64,000 nt of DNA from Polyangiales bacterium (lineage in GTDB: Bacteria; Myxococcota_A; Polyangia; Polyangiales; Ga0077539): NCBI GenBank assembly GCA_046351555.1, contig JAXLYI010000006.1, forward strand, positions 122,284 to 186,283. The letters run 5' to 3'. Of the stretch, positions 19,435 through 30,620 are shown piece by piece (position 1 is the first letter of the stretch; each line of letters starts with the position of its first letter). The notes beneath the pieces were generated by a model. That model was not told the origin of the DNA, did not search any database, and saw only the letters and a program-made list of their open reading frames with translations. The position numbers were made by a program, and so were the translations under genes.

Positions 19435-19881
19435 TCAGTGGTGGTAGGGCTCGCCCTTGAGGATGGCGAAGGCGCGGTAGAGCTGCTCGGCGAGCACGAG
19501 GCGGGCGAGGCGGTGCGGCAGGGTCATCGGGCCGAACGAGAGCCGCCAGCGGGCTTTGGCGCGCACCTCGGGCGGGAGCCCGTCGGCGCCCCCGAGCGCG
19601 AACACGGGCACCACCGCGCGCTCCATCGCGTCGCCCACGCGGGCGGCGAAGGCCTCGCTCGACAGGGGCTTCGCGTCGATCTCGAGGGTGACGAGCTCGG
19701 CGCGGGCGCCGTGGGGCGCGAGGGCCTTCTCGAAGGCGCGGGCGGCCTGGTCGGGGCGCTCGTCGCGGATCTCCATCTCGTCGAGGTCGGCGTAGCGGCG
19801 GATGCGGCCGTAGTAGTCGTCGAGGAGCGCGCGGAGCTCGGGCTCCTTCGCGCGCCCCATGGCCGCGATGACCAGCTTCAC
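19435..19881 (-). CDS. rlmH: 23S rRNA (pseudouridine1915-N3)-methyltransferase RlmH
   Basis: SPOUT family, ~148 aa, VKLVIAAMGRAKEPELRAL...; GTG start; immediately downstream of rsfS. Confidence 0.7.
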   Translation of the reverse strand: MKLVIAAMGRAKEPELRALLDDYYGRIRRYADLDEMEIRDERPDQAARAFEKALAPHGARAELVTLEIDAKPLSSEAFAARVGDAMERAVVPVFALGGADGLPPEVRAKARWRLSFGPMTLPHRLARLVLAEQLYRAFAILKGEPYHH

Positions 19882-20534
19882 GTCGCGGCCGCCGCCGGCG
19901 CCGCGGCGTCGTGGAAGGGGACGCGGCGGGCGTCGATCCAGAGGCTCTCGAGGTCGCGGTTGCGCCGCTCCTCCTCGATGAAGACGTGGGCCACGACGTC
20001 GCCGAAATCGACCACGACCCACTGGCCCTGGCGCGCGCCCTCGACGCTCCGCGCGCGCTGCCCGCGCTCCTCCGCGCGGGCCTCCACCGCCTGCGCGATC
20101 GCCTGCACCTGGCGGTCGACCCGGCCCGACATCAGCACCAGGAAGTCGGCGTAGTCGGCCTTGCCGTACACGTCGATGATCTCGATGCGCTCGGCCTTCT
20201 TGTCGAGCGCGGCGGCGGCGAGCGCGAGGGCGAGCGCCTGGGCCTCGTCGCGGCGCACCTCGTCGGCCGAGCGCGGCGGCGGGGGCGGCGGCGGGGCCTT
20301 CTTCACGGCCTTCTTCGCGAGGGTGGCGGGCGACCCCTTCGGCGCGGCCTTCTTCGGGGCGACCTTCTTCGGCGCGACCTTCTTCGGCGCGGCCTTCTTC
20401 GCCGCGGGGGCGCGCTTCGGGGCGGCGGCCTTCTTCGCCGCGGGGGCGGACTTCTTCGCGGTCTTCTTCGCGGAGGCGGTCTTCTTCGCGGGGGCGGACT
20501 TCTTCGCGGTGCTGGACTTCTTCGTGGTTGCCAT
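19878..20534 (-). CDS. rsfS: ribosome silencing factor RsfS with a Lys/Ala-rich histone-H1-like N-terminal extension
   Basis: C-terminal Iojap/RsfS domain (IIDVYGKADYADFLVLMSGR); N-terminal AKKAAPKK repeats encoded by tandem DNA repeats at 20280-20520. Confidence 0.65.
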   Translation of the reverse strand: MATTKKSSTAKKSAPAKKTASAKKTAKKSAPAAKKAAAPKRAPAAKKAAPKKVAPKKVAPKKAAPKGSPATLAKKAVKKAPPPPPPPRSADEVRRDEAQALALALAAAALDKKAERIEIIDVYGKADYADFLVLMSGRVDRQVQAIAQAVEARAEERGQRARSVEGARQGQWVVVDFGDVVAHVFIEEERRNRDLESLWIDARRVPFHDAAAPAAAAT

Positions 20535-20654
20535 ACGCTCGTCGTGCAAGCAGGTGGGTCGGGAAACGGCCTCGGCGCCGGGCGTTTGCCCCTGCGCCTC
20601 TCGCCGTGGGCTATTCTCCCCGCCCCGCGCCCGCGGCGCAAACAACAATCTCCC

Positions 20655-21725
<1,071 letters not shown>

Positions 21726-21729
21726 GCCC

Positions 21730-22692
21730 CTACGCGTTGAGGGCCGCGATGATCTCCTCGACCACCTTGCGGGCGCGCGCGAGGTCGCTCGGGGGGAGCG
21801 CGACGGCGCCGACCACCGGGTGCCCGCCGCCGCCGTAGCGCTCGCAGAGGGACGCGACGTGGTGGCGGCGCGGGCGCTTCGCCCAGGGGTTGAAGCCGAC
21901 GGAGATCTTCACGCGCTTGGGGTTGCGCTGGAGGGTGACGGCGTACTGGGCCGTCGGGAAGAGCTTGTACCCGACGAACTTCACCACCGTCTCGGTGGGC
22001 CCGTCGGCGAGGTCGAAGTACGCGACGTCGCCGCGCTGCTCCCCCTTGTCGGCCATGCGCTTCGCGACGGCCTCGTGGCGCTTCACGATCGCGCCGAGGC
22101 GCCCGGCGACCAGCGGCGACGCGGCCACCTCGGCGAGCGGGCGCGAGGCCAGCAGCGGGATGAGCGCGCCGGTGAGGTGGTCGTCGCCCTGCTCTTGGAT
22201 GACGGCCGCCACCTGCATCGCGGGCGGCTCGAAGGAGCTCGCGGCGTCGGCGTCGGGGAAGCGCGCGGCGTCGATCACGTCGGCCCACGCGACGAGGTCG
22301 TCGAGGTCGGGGGGGCGCCACCCGAAGCGCTCGCGCGCGACGTCGACCACCAGCTTCGTGCACGACCCGTAGGCCCCGTCGTGGAACTTCCGCCCCGACG
22401 CGTCCGCGCGGAAGTGGGCCTCGGCGCCGGGCTCCTGGAAGGCGCTGACGTGGTGGTCGAAGTACCAGGTGAGCTCGGGCGAGGTGGAGTAGCGGTAGTC
22501 GAGGATGGCGTTGACGGCGCCCTTGCGGAGCTTGTCGCCCGGCGGCGGCGCGGACGGCTCGTAGAGGAGCCCGCGGTAGGAGAACGTCGCCGCCGCCGCG
22601 CCCGGCTGCGTGTCGCGGAGGAAGCGCGAGAACACGGCCGCGCTCGCCGCGCCGTCGAAGCAGTACCCGTGGTGGGCGATGAGGAACTCCAT
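21730..22692 (-). CDS. DHH-family phosphoesterase (NrnA-like)
   Basis: YFDHHVSAF DHH motif; GGGGH near the C-terminus. Confidence 0.5.
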   Translation of the reverse strand: MEFLIAHHGYCFDGAASAAVFSRFLRDTQPGAAAATFSYRGLLYEPSAPPPGDKLRKGAVNAILDYRYSTSPELTWYFDHHVSAFQEPGAEAHFRADASGRKFHDGAYGSCTKLVVDVARERFGWRPPDLDDLVAWADVIDAARFPDADAASSFEPPAMQVAAVIQEQGDDHLTGALIPLLASRPLAEVAASPLVAGRLGAIVKRHEAVAKRMADKGEQRGDVAYFDLADGPTETVVKFVGYKLFPTAQYAVTLQRNPKRVKISVGFNPWAKRPRRHHVASLCERYGGGGHPVVGAVALPPSDLARARKVVEEIIAALNA

Positions 22693-22784
22693 CGTGGGGT
22701 CCCGCCACCATGGCACCCTTCGCCCCCGGGTCGCAACGTTGACACTGGACGCTGCCGCGCGGGTAAGTGTACGTCCTCGCGGCG

Positions 22785-23732
22785 ATGCGAAGGCGCACCC
22801 TCGGTCGGAGCGGCGTGGAGGTCCCCGAGGTGGGCCTCGGCACCTGGAGCCTGTCGGGCGAGGGCTACGGCCCGGTCGAGCCCGACGACGCGCGGCGCGT
22901 GCTCGAGACCGCGATCGAGGAGGGCTGCGCCTTCTTCGAAACCGCCGACTGCTACGGCGAGGGCCGCGTCGAGTCGCTCATCGGCGAGGTGCTCGAGGCC
23001 CGCGGCCGCGCCGCCGCCTTCGTCTCCACCCGCGTCGGCGTCGACCGCGCCGGCGAGCTCACCCGCAAGAACTTCACCCCCAAGTACCTCACCGCCGCCT
23101 GCGAGCGCTCGCTCAAGCGTCTGCGCACCGACCACGTCGACGCGCTCGTCCTCCACAACCCGCAGGTGGGCACCATCACCCTCGGCGACGCCTGGCGCTG
23201 CCTGGAGGAGCTCAAGGCCGCCGGGAAGGCCCGCGCCATCGGCGTGAGCGTGGGCACCGTCGAGGCCGGCGAGGCCGCCGCCGCGCTCGCCCCTGATCTC
23301 CTCGTCGTCCCCTACAACCTCCTCTTCTCGCAGGTGCTCCACCAGCTCGCGGGCGTCGTCTCCGCGGGGCCCATCGGCGTCGTCGCGCGCTCGCCCTACG
23401 GCTACGGCGTGCTCGCCGACACGTGGGGCGCGAGCCGGCGCTTCCGCGACGACGACCACCGGATGTACCGCTGGGGCGCCTCCGACCTCGCCCGCCGCGT
23501 CAAGCAGCGCGAGGCCCTGCGCGACCTCGTCGCCGACGGCGTCCCCTCGCTCCGCGCCCTCGCCCTGCGCTACGTGCTCGCCAACCAGCTCGTCACCGTG
23601 GCCGTCCCCGGCGCCCGCACGCCCGAGCACGTCCGCGACAACGCCCACCTCGCCGACGAGCTCCCCTACCTCCCCGAGCGCGCCCTCGCCTCCGTCGGCC
23701 AGCGCCTCCGCGACGTCGGCGCCGACCCGTAG
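22785..23732 (+). CDS. aldo/keto reductase
   Basis: LGRSGVEVPEVGLGTW, FFETADCYG, AKR family. Confidence 0.75.
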   Translation: MRRRTLGRSGVEVPEVGLGTWSLSGEGYGPVEPDDARRVLETAIEEGCAFFETADCYGEGRVESLIGEVLEARGRAAAFVSTRVGVDRAGELTRKNFTPKYLTAACERSLKRLRTDHVDALVLHNPQVGTITLGDAWRCLEELKAAGKARAIGVSVGTVEAGEAAAALAPDLLVVPYNLLFSQVLHQLAGVVSAGPIGVVARSPYGYGVLADTWGASRRFRDDDHRMYRWGASDLARRVKQREALRDLVADGVPSLRALALRYVLANQLVTVAVPGARTPEHVRDNAHLADELPYLPERALASVGQRLRDVGADP

Positions 23733-23734
23733 CG

Positions 23735-24121
23735 CTACTCGCCCTGCTGGTTGCGCATCATCCCCTGCACCGTGCGCCGCGCGTTGCGCGCCTGCGACTG
23801 CATCGCGCGCACCTGCTCCTGCGTCGCCCGCAGCTCCATCTGCGTCTGCGCGAGCTGCTGGCGCATCCCCTGGAGCTCCTGCGCCGTCACCGCGTCCTGC
23901 TGCTCGAGGCGCGCGATCCGCTGCTCGGCCCACACCACCCGCTGCTCCAGCGACGCCTGCTGCGGCTGCGCGCCCGCCTGGAGCACCGGCTGCTGCACCA
24001 CGGGCTGCTGCAACACCGGCTGCTGCACCACGGGCTGCTGCGCAGGCGCGTCGTCGTCGTCGCCCCGATCGCACCCGGCGCCCGCCAGCGCCAGCGCCAC
24101 GACCCATCCGGTGGTCTTCAT
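23735..24121 (-). CDS. Gln-rich coiled-coil lipoprotein
   Basis: MKTTGWVVALALAGAGC lipobox; QQPV repeats. Confidence 0.45.
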   Translation of the reverse strand: MKTTGWVVALALAGAGCDRGDDDDAPAQQPVVQQPVLQQPVVQQPVLQAGAQPQQASLEQRVVWAEQRIARLEQQDAVTAQELQGMRQQLAQTQMELRATQEQVRAMQSQARNARRTVQGMMRNQQGE

Positions 24122-24249
24122 CGCGCGCGAGTATACCCGCCGCGCGCCCCGCGCCGACACCCCGAGTTTGTCGCTGGAGCTCTGGCAACCCGCCGCGCAC
24201 GCGCCGCGCGTTTCAGGGCCACGGACGGAGTTCGCTTGACACTGGTCAA

Positions 24250-24897
24250 ATGTTCAGCGACCCATCGGAGGGGATGGCACCGCCGCGGCCGACCGAGGTC
24301 ACGCCGGCCCCCTCGCGCGCGCCCGACGGGGGTGGCTCCGGCCTCCCCGCGCTGGTGCCGCCGGGGCGCCTCGTCGAGCTCTGCGGCGAGCGCGCGTCGG
24401 GCCGCCTGACGCTGGCCGCGGGCTTCGTGCGCGAGGCCCAGGCGCGCGGCGAGCTGGCGGCGTGGGTGCAGCCCGAGGGCGCGGGGCTCTACCCGCCCGA
24501 CCTCGACGCGGCGGGCGTGTCGCTCGACGAGCTGGTGGTGGTCCACGCGCCGACGGCGGCGGGCCCGGAGGCGGTGGCGCGCGCGGCGGAGCTACTACTT
24601 CGCTCGGGGGGCTTCGGCGTCGCGGTGCTCGACCTCTGCGCCGCGCGGCCCCGCGGCGAGGGGTGGGTCGCGCGCCTCGGGGGCGTCGCCCGGCGCCACG
24701 GCGCGCGCGTCGTGCTGCTCACCTCGCTGCGGGCGGAGGGCGCGTCGGCGGGGGCCCTGGTGGCGGTGCGGGCGGCGCCTCGACGGCGCTTCGAAGCGGG
24801 GCGCTTCGCGCTCGACGTGGAGGTTCTCCGCGACCGCTGCGACCTCGCGCGGCGCGCGGCGCCCACCCTGCACGCGCCGCCCTGGGACCGCGGGTGA
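24250..24897 (+). CDS. imuA: ImuA (RecA-like component of the imuA-imuB mutagenesis cassette)
   Basis: RecA-like P-loop-degenerate fold; position directly upstream of imuB. Confidence 0.6.
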   Translation: MFSDPSEGMAPPRPTEVTPAPSRAPDGGGSGLPALVPPGRLVELCGERASGRLTLAAGFVREAQARGELAAWVQPEGAGLYPPDLDAAGVSLDELVVVHAPTAAGPEAVARAAELLLRSGGFGVAVLDLCAARPRGEGWVARLGGVARRHGARVVLLTSLRAEGASAGALVAVRAAPRRRFEAGRFALDVEVLRDRCDLARRAAPTLHAPPWDRG

Positions 24898-24903
24898 CGC
24901 CCG

Positions 24904-26457
24904 GTGACCCCGCGACGCGTCGCGTGCGTGTGCGTGCCCGAGCTCGCCCTCCAGGCGCTCCTTTGTGACCGCCCCGCCTGGCGCGCGCTCCCGGTCGCGG
25001 TGGTGGCCGACGACCGCCCCGACGCCTTCCTCCTCGCGCTCAACGCCCGCGCGCGCCGCGAGGGGCTCGACGTCACCATGCGCCAGGGGGCGGCCCGCGC
25101 GCTCGTGCCGACGCTGCGCGCGGCCGCGGTCCCCGACGATCGCGTCCGCGAGGCAGCCCGCGCGCTCACCGAGGCGCTGCGCGCGCTCTCCCCGCGCGTC
25201 GAGCCCGACGTCGACGCGCCGGGGATCTTCACCGTCGACCCGTCGGGCATGGGGCGCCTGCACCGCGACGCCCGCGCCTGGGCGCAGGCCGCGCGCCGCG
25301 CCGTGGGGGCGTTGGGCTTCTCGTGCGCGGTGGCGGTGGGCTTCGACCGCCGCGCCGCCCGCGCCGTCGCCCGCCACGCCCGCCGCGTCGTCGTCGCGCG
25401 CACGCCCGACGAGGAGCGCGCGCTGGCCGCGGAGGTGCCGCTGGCCGCGCTGGGGCTCGACGCGCGGCTGGTGCTCACGCTCGGGGCGCTCGGCGTCCGC
25501 GCGCTCGGCGACCTCTGGGCGCTGCCGCCCGACACCGTGCGCCACCGCTTCGGCGACGCGGCCGCGGCGCTGCGCGCGTGGTGCCTCGACGGCGCGCGCG
25601 TGCCGGTGCAGCCCGAGGTGCCGCGCGAGCCCCTGCGCGCGGTGGTCGAGCTCGAGGCCCCCGACGACGACCTCGCGCGCCTGCTCTTCGGCCTGCGCGG
25701 TGCCCTCCACCTGCTGGCGGCGCGGCTCGCGGGCACCGGCGAGGCCGTCGCCGCGCTCTCCCTCACGCTCGCGCTCGAGGACCACAGCCGCGTCGCGTGG
25801 CGCCTCGAGCCCGCGGCCCCGACGCGCGACGTCGCGCTCCTCGTCGAGCTGGCGCGGCTCCGCTGGGCCGAGGCGTCGCTCCCGGCCCGCGTCGCCGAGC
25901 TGGAGGCCGTGGCCGAGCCGGCGCCCCTGCGCGGCGAGCAGCTCTGGCTGTTCGCCCACGACCGCGCCCGCGACCGCGGCGCCGCCTCGCGCGCGATGGC
26001 GCGGGTGCGGGCGGCCTTCGGCGAGCGCTCGGTCACCCGCGCGCGGCTCCGCGAGGCCCACCTGCCCGAGGCCCGCTTCGCGTGGGAGCCCGTCGCCGCC
26101 GCGCCCCCTGCCCCGAAGAACGCCACGCCAGCGCCGCCGCGCGAGGGCGAGTCGCCGCTGGTGCGCCGGCTGTTCGTGCCGCCGAAGGAGATCGCGCCCG
26201 AGCGGCTGCGGGCGCTGTCGCCGATGCCGCCGGGCGACGCGCTCCCGTGGCTGCGCGCGATGGCGGCCAACGACCCCGCGCACGGGGGCGCCGCGGGGGC
26301 GTGGCCGCTGGCGACCCCGTCGCGCGTGACGGGGGCGTGGTGGGCCCGCGAGGTCGCGCGCGACTACTACTACGCCGAGGGCGCGGACGGGGCGCTGCTC
26401 TGGGTGTACTACGACGTCAAGCGCAAGCGCTGGCTCGTGCAAGCGGAGGTGGATTGA
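24904..26457 (+). CDS. imuB: ImuB (Y-family polymerase-like)
   Basis: N-terminus VACVCVPELALQAL, Y-family fold; GTG start 7 nt after the imuA stop. Confidence 0.7.
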   Translation: MTPRRVACVCVPELALQALLCDRPAWRALPVAVVADDRPDAFLLALNARARREGLDVTMRQGAARALVPTLRAAAVPDDRVREAARALTEALRALSPRVEPDVDAPGIFTVDPSGMGRLHRDARAWAQAARRAVGALGFSCAVAVGFDRRAARAVARHARRVVVARTPDEERALAAEVPLAALGLDARLVLTLGALGVRALGDLWALPPDTVRHRFGDAAAALRAWCLDGARVPVQPEVPREPLRAVVELEAPDDDLARLLFGLRGALHLLAARLAGTGEAVAALSLTLALEDHSRVAWRLEPAAPTRDVALLVELARLRWAEASLPARVAELEAVAEPAPLRGEQLWLFAHDRARDRGAASRAMARVRAAFGERSVTRARLREAHLPEARFAWEPVAAAPPAPKNATPAPPREGESPLVRRLFVPPKEIAPERLRALSPMPPGDALPWLRAMAANDPAHGGAAGAWPLATPSRVTGAWWAREVARDYYYAEGADGALLWVYYDVKRKRWLVQAEVD

Positions 26458-26492
26458 TGGGGGCGGGCCCGCGGCGGTAGGCTCCCGCGCCC

Positions 26493-27077
26493 ATGAAGAC
26501 CGTCGATTTCTACTTCGACCTCTCGTCGCCCTACTCCTACCTCGCCGCGACGCAGATCGGCCCCCTCGCCGCCCGCCACGGCGCGACGGTGAACTGGAAG
26601 CCCGTCGTCCTCGCGGCGGTCTTCAAGGCCGCCAACAACGTGATGCCCGCGGCGAGCCCGCCGAAGGCGCAGAACATGTTCGTCGACCTGGGGCGCTGGG
26701 CGAAGCGCTACGGCGTGCCGTTCGTGATGAGCTCGCGCTTCCCGCTCAACACGGTGAAGCCCGAGCGGCTCATCGTGGCGGCGGCCGGGACGGGGCGCGC
26801 GCCCGAGCTGGCGCTCGCGCTCTTCCGCGCGATGTGGGTCGACGACCGCGACATCGCCGCCGAGGCCGAGATGCGCGCGGTCGCCGAGGCCGCGGGCTTC
26901 GACGCGGGCGCGCTGCTCGCCGCGATCGAGACGCAGCCCGTGAAGGACGGCCTCCGCGCCAACACCGACGAGGCCATCGCGCGCGGCATGTTCGGCGCGC
27001 CGGCCTTCCTCGTCGGCGAGGAGCTCTTCTGGGGCAACGACCGCCTCGATTTCGTCGAGGACGCGCTGCGCGCGTAG
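26493..27077 (+). CDS. 2-hydroxychromene-2-carboxylate isomerase / DsbA-like thioredoxin-fold protein
   Basis: FYFDLSSPYSYLA N-terminus typical of the HCCA-isomerase/DsbA family. Confidence 0.7.
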   Translation: MKTVDFYFDLSSPYSYLAATQIGPLAARHGATVNWKPVVLAAVFKAANNVMPAASPPKAQNMFVDLGRWAKRYGVPFVMSSRFPLNTVKPERLIVAAAGTGRAPELALALFRAMWVDDRDIAAEAEMRAVAEAAGFDAGALLAAIETQPVKDGLRANTDEAIARGMFGAPAFLVGEELFWGNDRLDFVEDALRA

Positions 27078-27080
27078 GCC

Positions 27081-28514
27081 CTACGCGGTCGCGCGGAAGC
27101 GGACGGTGGCGTGGACGCCGCCGCGCGGGCGCAGGGTGGCGAAGGTCTCGGGCACCACCTCGCCCGGGTCGACGTCGAAGCGCGCGTGGCGCATGAGCGT
27201 CGCGAGCACCAGCGGCCCCTCGAGCAGCGCGAAGTGGTTGCCGATGCACACGCGCGGCCCCGCGCCGAAGGGGAGGTACGTCCCCTTCTCCCGCGCCGCC
27301 TCGCGCTCGGGGAGGAAGCGCCCGGGGTCGAAGCGCTCGGGGTCGGGCCACGCCGCCGGGTTGTGGTGCACCCCATACGTGCTCACGAACAACACCGTGC
27401 GCGCCGGCAGCCGGTGCCCGCCGACCTCGACGGGCTCGAGCGCGCGCCGCGCGAGGAGGATCACCGGGGGGTAGAGCCGCATGGCCTCCTTGAAGACCCG
27501 GAGCGTGAGCGGGAGGCGCTCGGTGGCGTCGCGGAAGCTCGGGTCGTCGTCGAGCGCGTCGACCTCGGCCTGCACGGCGTCGCGCACCGCGGGGTTGCGC
27601 CCGAGGAGGTAGAAGGCCCACGCCAGCGAGGTGGCGGTGGTCTCGTGGCCGGCGATGAAGAGCGTGGTGGCCTCGTCGCGCACCTGCTTGTCGGTCATCG
27701 CGCCGGCCTCGTCGTCGCGGGCGGCGAGCAGGCGCGTGAGGAGGTCGTCGCGGGTGAGGCCCTGGGCGCGGCGCTCGTCGATCATCTGCTGGATGCGCGC
27801 GTCGAGCGTGGCGACGGCGCGGCGGAGCTTCGGCGAGCGGGCCCCCGGCAGCGCGAAGGGCTCCTCGAGGCGGCGGTGGAGGCGCGCGAGCGGCGGGCGG
27901 AGGGCGCCGGGCGCGCGGTCGCTGACGCGGCGGACGAGGTCGAGGGCGCTCATGTGGGCGAGGAGGGCGGGGTGCCCGGCGTTGTCGTCCGTCCACTGGA
28001 GCGCGTCGGTGAGCGCCTCGCCGAGCGCGTCGGCCTCGTCGAAGGTGTCGCTGTCGAAGAGGGCCTTGCCGACGACGCCCATCGCGATGCGGGTGGTCTC
28101 GCGGGCGAGGTCGACGCGGGCGCCGTCGCACAGGCGCCCCACCGCGCGCAGGGTCACCGCGCGCATCACCTCGGCGTAGCGCTCGATCTGTGAGGGCTGG
28201 AAGAGCGGCGACATCAGCCGACGCTGGCGCCGCCAGAGCTCGCCCTCGCTGGTGAAGAGCCCGTCGCCCGCGAGGTAGTGGAGCAGCAGCCGCAGGCCCG
28301 GGGACTTTTCGAAGCTCTTCGCCTTCTCGACGAGCACCTCGTGGGCGGCGCGCGGGCCGCTCACCACCAGCGGCGTCTTGTTGAGGAAGCGCAGACGCGT
28401 CACCTCCCCGAGGCGCATCGCGTCGAGCAGGAAGGGGAGCCGCTCCTTCTGGAAGAGCTGCAGGTGCCCGGTGGTCGTGCCGCCGGGGAGCATCGGGAAC
28501 GCGTCGAGGGACAT
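27081..28514 (-). CDS. cytochrome P450
   Basis: Haem-binding FGAGPRVCIGNHFA; EAMRLYPP (ExxR/PERF region). Confidence 0.85.
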   Translation of the reverse strand: MSLDAFPMLPGGTTTGHLQLFQKERLPFLLDAMRLGEVTRLRFLNKTPLVVSGPRAAHEVLVEKAKSFEKSPGLRLLLHYLAGDGLFTSEGELWRRQRRLMSPLFQPSQIERYAEVMRAVTLRAVGRLCDGARVDLARETTRIAMGVVGKALFDSDTFDEADALGEALTDALQWTDDNAGHPALLAHMSALDLVRRVSDRAPGALRPPLARLHRRLEEPFALPGARSPKLRRAVATLDARIQQMIDERRAQGLTRDDLLTRLLAARDDEAGAMTDKQVRDEATTLFIAGHETTATSLAWAFYLLGRNPAVRDAVQAEVDALDDDPSFRDATERLPLTLRVFKEAMRLYPPVILLARRALEPVEVGGHRLPARTVLFVSTYGVHHNPAAWPDPERFDPGRFLPEREAAREKGTYLPFGAGPRVCIGNHFALLEGPLVLATLMRHARFDVDPGEVVPETFATLRPRGGVHATVRFRATA

Positions 28515-28566
28515 CGCCCGCGGACGTTGGCCCTCAACGCCCGGGGAGACAATGGTGAATGCTCGT

Positions 28567-29577
28567 TCAGCGGCAGCGCACGACGGTGGTCCGGTACGTG
28601 ACGGGCGCGCCCGAAGGGAACGTGAGGGTCACGGCGTAGGTGGCCCCCTCGCGCGGCGTCCAGCCCGACGGGCGCCACGCGAGGGCGGGCCCGTTGCCGT
28701 AGTTGCCCGTGGCGGCGACGGCGGTGACGGCGAGCGCCTGGCCGGCCTCGTCGCGCACGGAGACGGTCGCGCCCGACACCGTCCGCGCGCCGTCCTGCGC
28801 GTGCCACACGCCCGCGAAGGCCTCCAGGGGCGCGGGGCCGGGGTTGGGCCACGCGATCACCGCCGGCAGCCCCGCGGGCGCGGGCGCCGTGCGGAACACC
28901 TGCATGCACGACGCGCGGTTGGTGGCGCCGAGCCACGTCGGGCCGAGGCCGCGGGCGAAGACCCAGCGGCGGTGGCCGAGGTTCTGGTCGCGCTCGTTGG
29001 CGTAGAGGTCGACGGAGGCCGCGGGGGTGGCGGTGCCGAGGGCGAGGTTCGACGAGCCGGCCGCGCGCGCGCCGTCGGCGGCGTAGCACCGCCACGTCGA
29101 CGGGGGCGCGTGGTTGAGCGTGTTGTTGACGGTCATCATCACGGCGCAGGCCTGCTGCGCGGGCGCGAGGGCCGGGTCGGCGACCGCGGGCGGGAGCCCC
29201 GCGAGCCAGCGGTAGACGTTGAGCACGCGCATCGCGTCGTCGTGGGACTCGGGCGAGAGCACGCCGGGGGCGCAGGCGTCGGCGCCCGCCGTCCACACGG
29301 TGCGCGCGCGGAGTGCACGGTCGGCGCTCCAGCGGGCGCACACCTCGGCGGCGGTGCGGGCGGCCGGGTCGCCGGAGGGCGCGGCCGCGTCCATGGCGGG
29401 GCGCGCATCGGGCGTGGCGACGTCCGTGGGCGGGCGCGCGTCCGAAGCGGCGACGTCAGTGGCGTCGTCGACCGCGACGTCGTCGACCGCGGCGGCATCG
29501 TCGACGGAGGGGCCGCTGGTCGACTGTGCGTCGCAGGCCGCGAGCATGAGCGCGAGCGCAGGGAGGCGTGGGCGCAT
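28567..29577 (-). CDS. secreted hypothetical lipoprotein
   Basis: MRPRLPALALMLAAC signal/lipobox. Confidence 0.45.
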   Translation of the reverse strand: MRPRLPALALMLAACDAQSTSGPSVDDAAAVDDVAVDDATDVAASDARPPTDVATPDARPAMDAAAPSGDPAARTAAEVCARWSADRALRARTVWTAGADACAPGVLSPESHDDAMRVLNVYRWLAGLPPAVADPALAPAQQACAVMMTVNNTLNHAPPSTWRCYAADGARAAGSSNLALGTATPAASVDLYANERDQNLGHRRWVFARGLGPTWLGATNRASCMQVFRTAPAPAGLPAVIAWPNPGPAPLEAFAGVWHAQDGARTVSGATVSVRDEAGQALAVTAVAATGNYGNGPALAWRPSGWTPREGATYAVTLTFPSGAPVTYRTTVVRCR

Positions 29578-29778
29578 GAGACGTCGGTGCCCGAGGGCGC
29601 GCGGGCCGTCAACCCGCAGCGCGTGTGCCACGCGAGGGCGCGTGTCTGGACGCCGCGCGAGAAAGTTTCGGTGACCGCTCAAGGGCCGGCGAAACCTGCC
29701 GTTGATGGAGGGGTGAGACGGCGGCGGCGCTGGTGCCGCCCGCCCGTCCCGAGACCCTCACGAAAGAGACCGCCGCCT

Positions 29779-30150
29779 ATGCTCAACCGTCGCCGCATGA
29801 TCGCCTGCCTCGCCGCCGCCACCGCCTCCGCCTTCGCCCTCGCCGCCCACGCCATCGACCGCGACTTCACCCTGCACAACAGCACGGGCGGGACGATCGC
29901 CCAGCTCTACGCGTCGCCGACGACCACGACGCAGTGGGGCGGCGACCTGCTCGGGAGCGACGTGCTCCCGGACGGCCGCTCGGTTCAGCTCCACTACACC
30001 CCGTCGATGTACCGCGGACAGTGCGTCTTCGACATCAAGATCGTCGACGCGGACAACAACCAGTCCGTGGTGAGCGCCATCAACCTCTGCACGATCACCG
30101 ACGTGACCTTCTCCCGCGAGAACGGCCGCGTCGTCTACCGCGCCGAGTAG
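29779..30150 (+). CDS. small secreted hypothetical protein
   Basis: MLNRRRMIACLAAATASAFALAAHA signal peptide. Confidence 0.45.
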   Translation: MLNRRRMIACLAAATASAFALAAHAIDRDFTLHNSTGGTIAQLYASPTTTTQWGGDLLGSDVLPDGRSVQLHYTPSMYRGQCVFDIKIVDADNNQSVVSAINLCTITDVTFSRENGRVVYRAE

Positions 30151-30251
30151 CGCGCCCCGCCCTCGCATCGTCCCGCCCCGCCGCTTCCTTCGCTTCCTCG
30201 TATCTATCCCCCACTGTCCATCCGCGCCCCCGCTGCCCTACAGTCGCGGCG

Positions 30252-30620
30252 ATGACCTACCGCGAACCGCAGGAGTTCACCGTCCGCTGGGACGACGGCT
30301 TCACCTGGAAGGCCGACGTCCCCGTCTTCGACCGCGTCACCCGCGCGCTCGGCGCGCTGCGCGGCGTGATCGAGGGCCTCGGCCCGGTGCTCGACCGCTG
30401 GGAGTCGCTGGCCGCGCGCTCACGCGAGCTCCGGGTCGACGAGTTCGCGCCCACCGAAGATGACCGGGCGGTGTTCACCGCGGCGCTATCTCGCGCGCGG
30501 GAGGACGCTGCGGCCGAGCCCGCCGACGGCGAGGGCGAAGGCGACGAGGACGGCGCGCGCTACCGGGACGCGCTCGGCGCGCTGCACGAGCTCTTCGTCA
30601 CCGACATCACGAAGCGCTAG
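30252..30620 (+). CDS. hypothetical acidic protein
   Basis: ORF with normal composition; 4-nt overlap with the downstream convergent gene. Confidence 0.35.
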   Translation: MTYREPQEFTVRWDDGFTWKADVPVFDRVTRALGALRGVIEGLGPVLDRWESLAARSRELRVDEFAPTEDDRAVFTAALSRAREDAAAEPADGEGEGDEDGARYRDALGALHELFVTDITKR

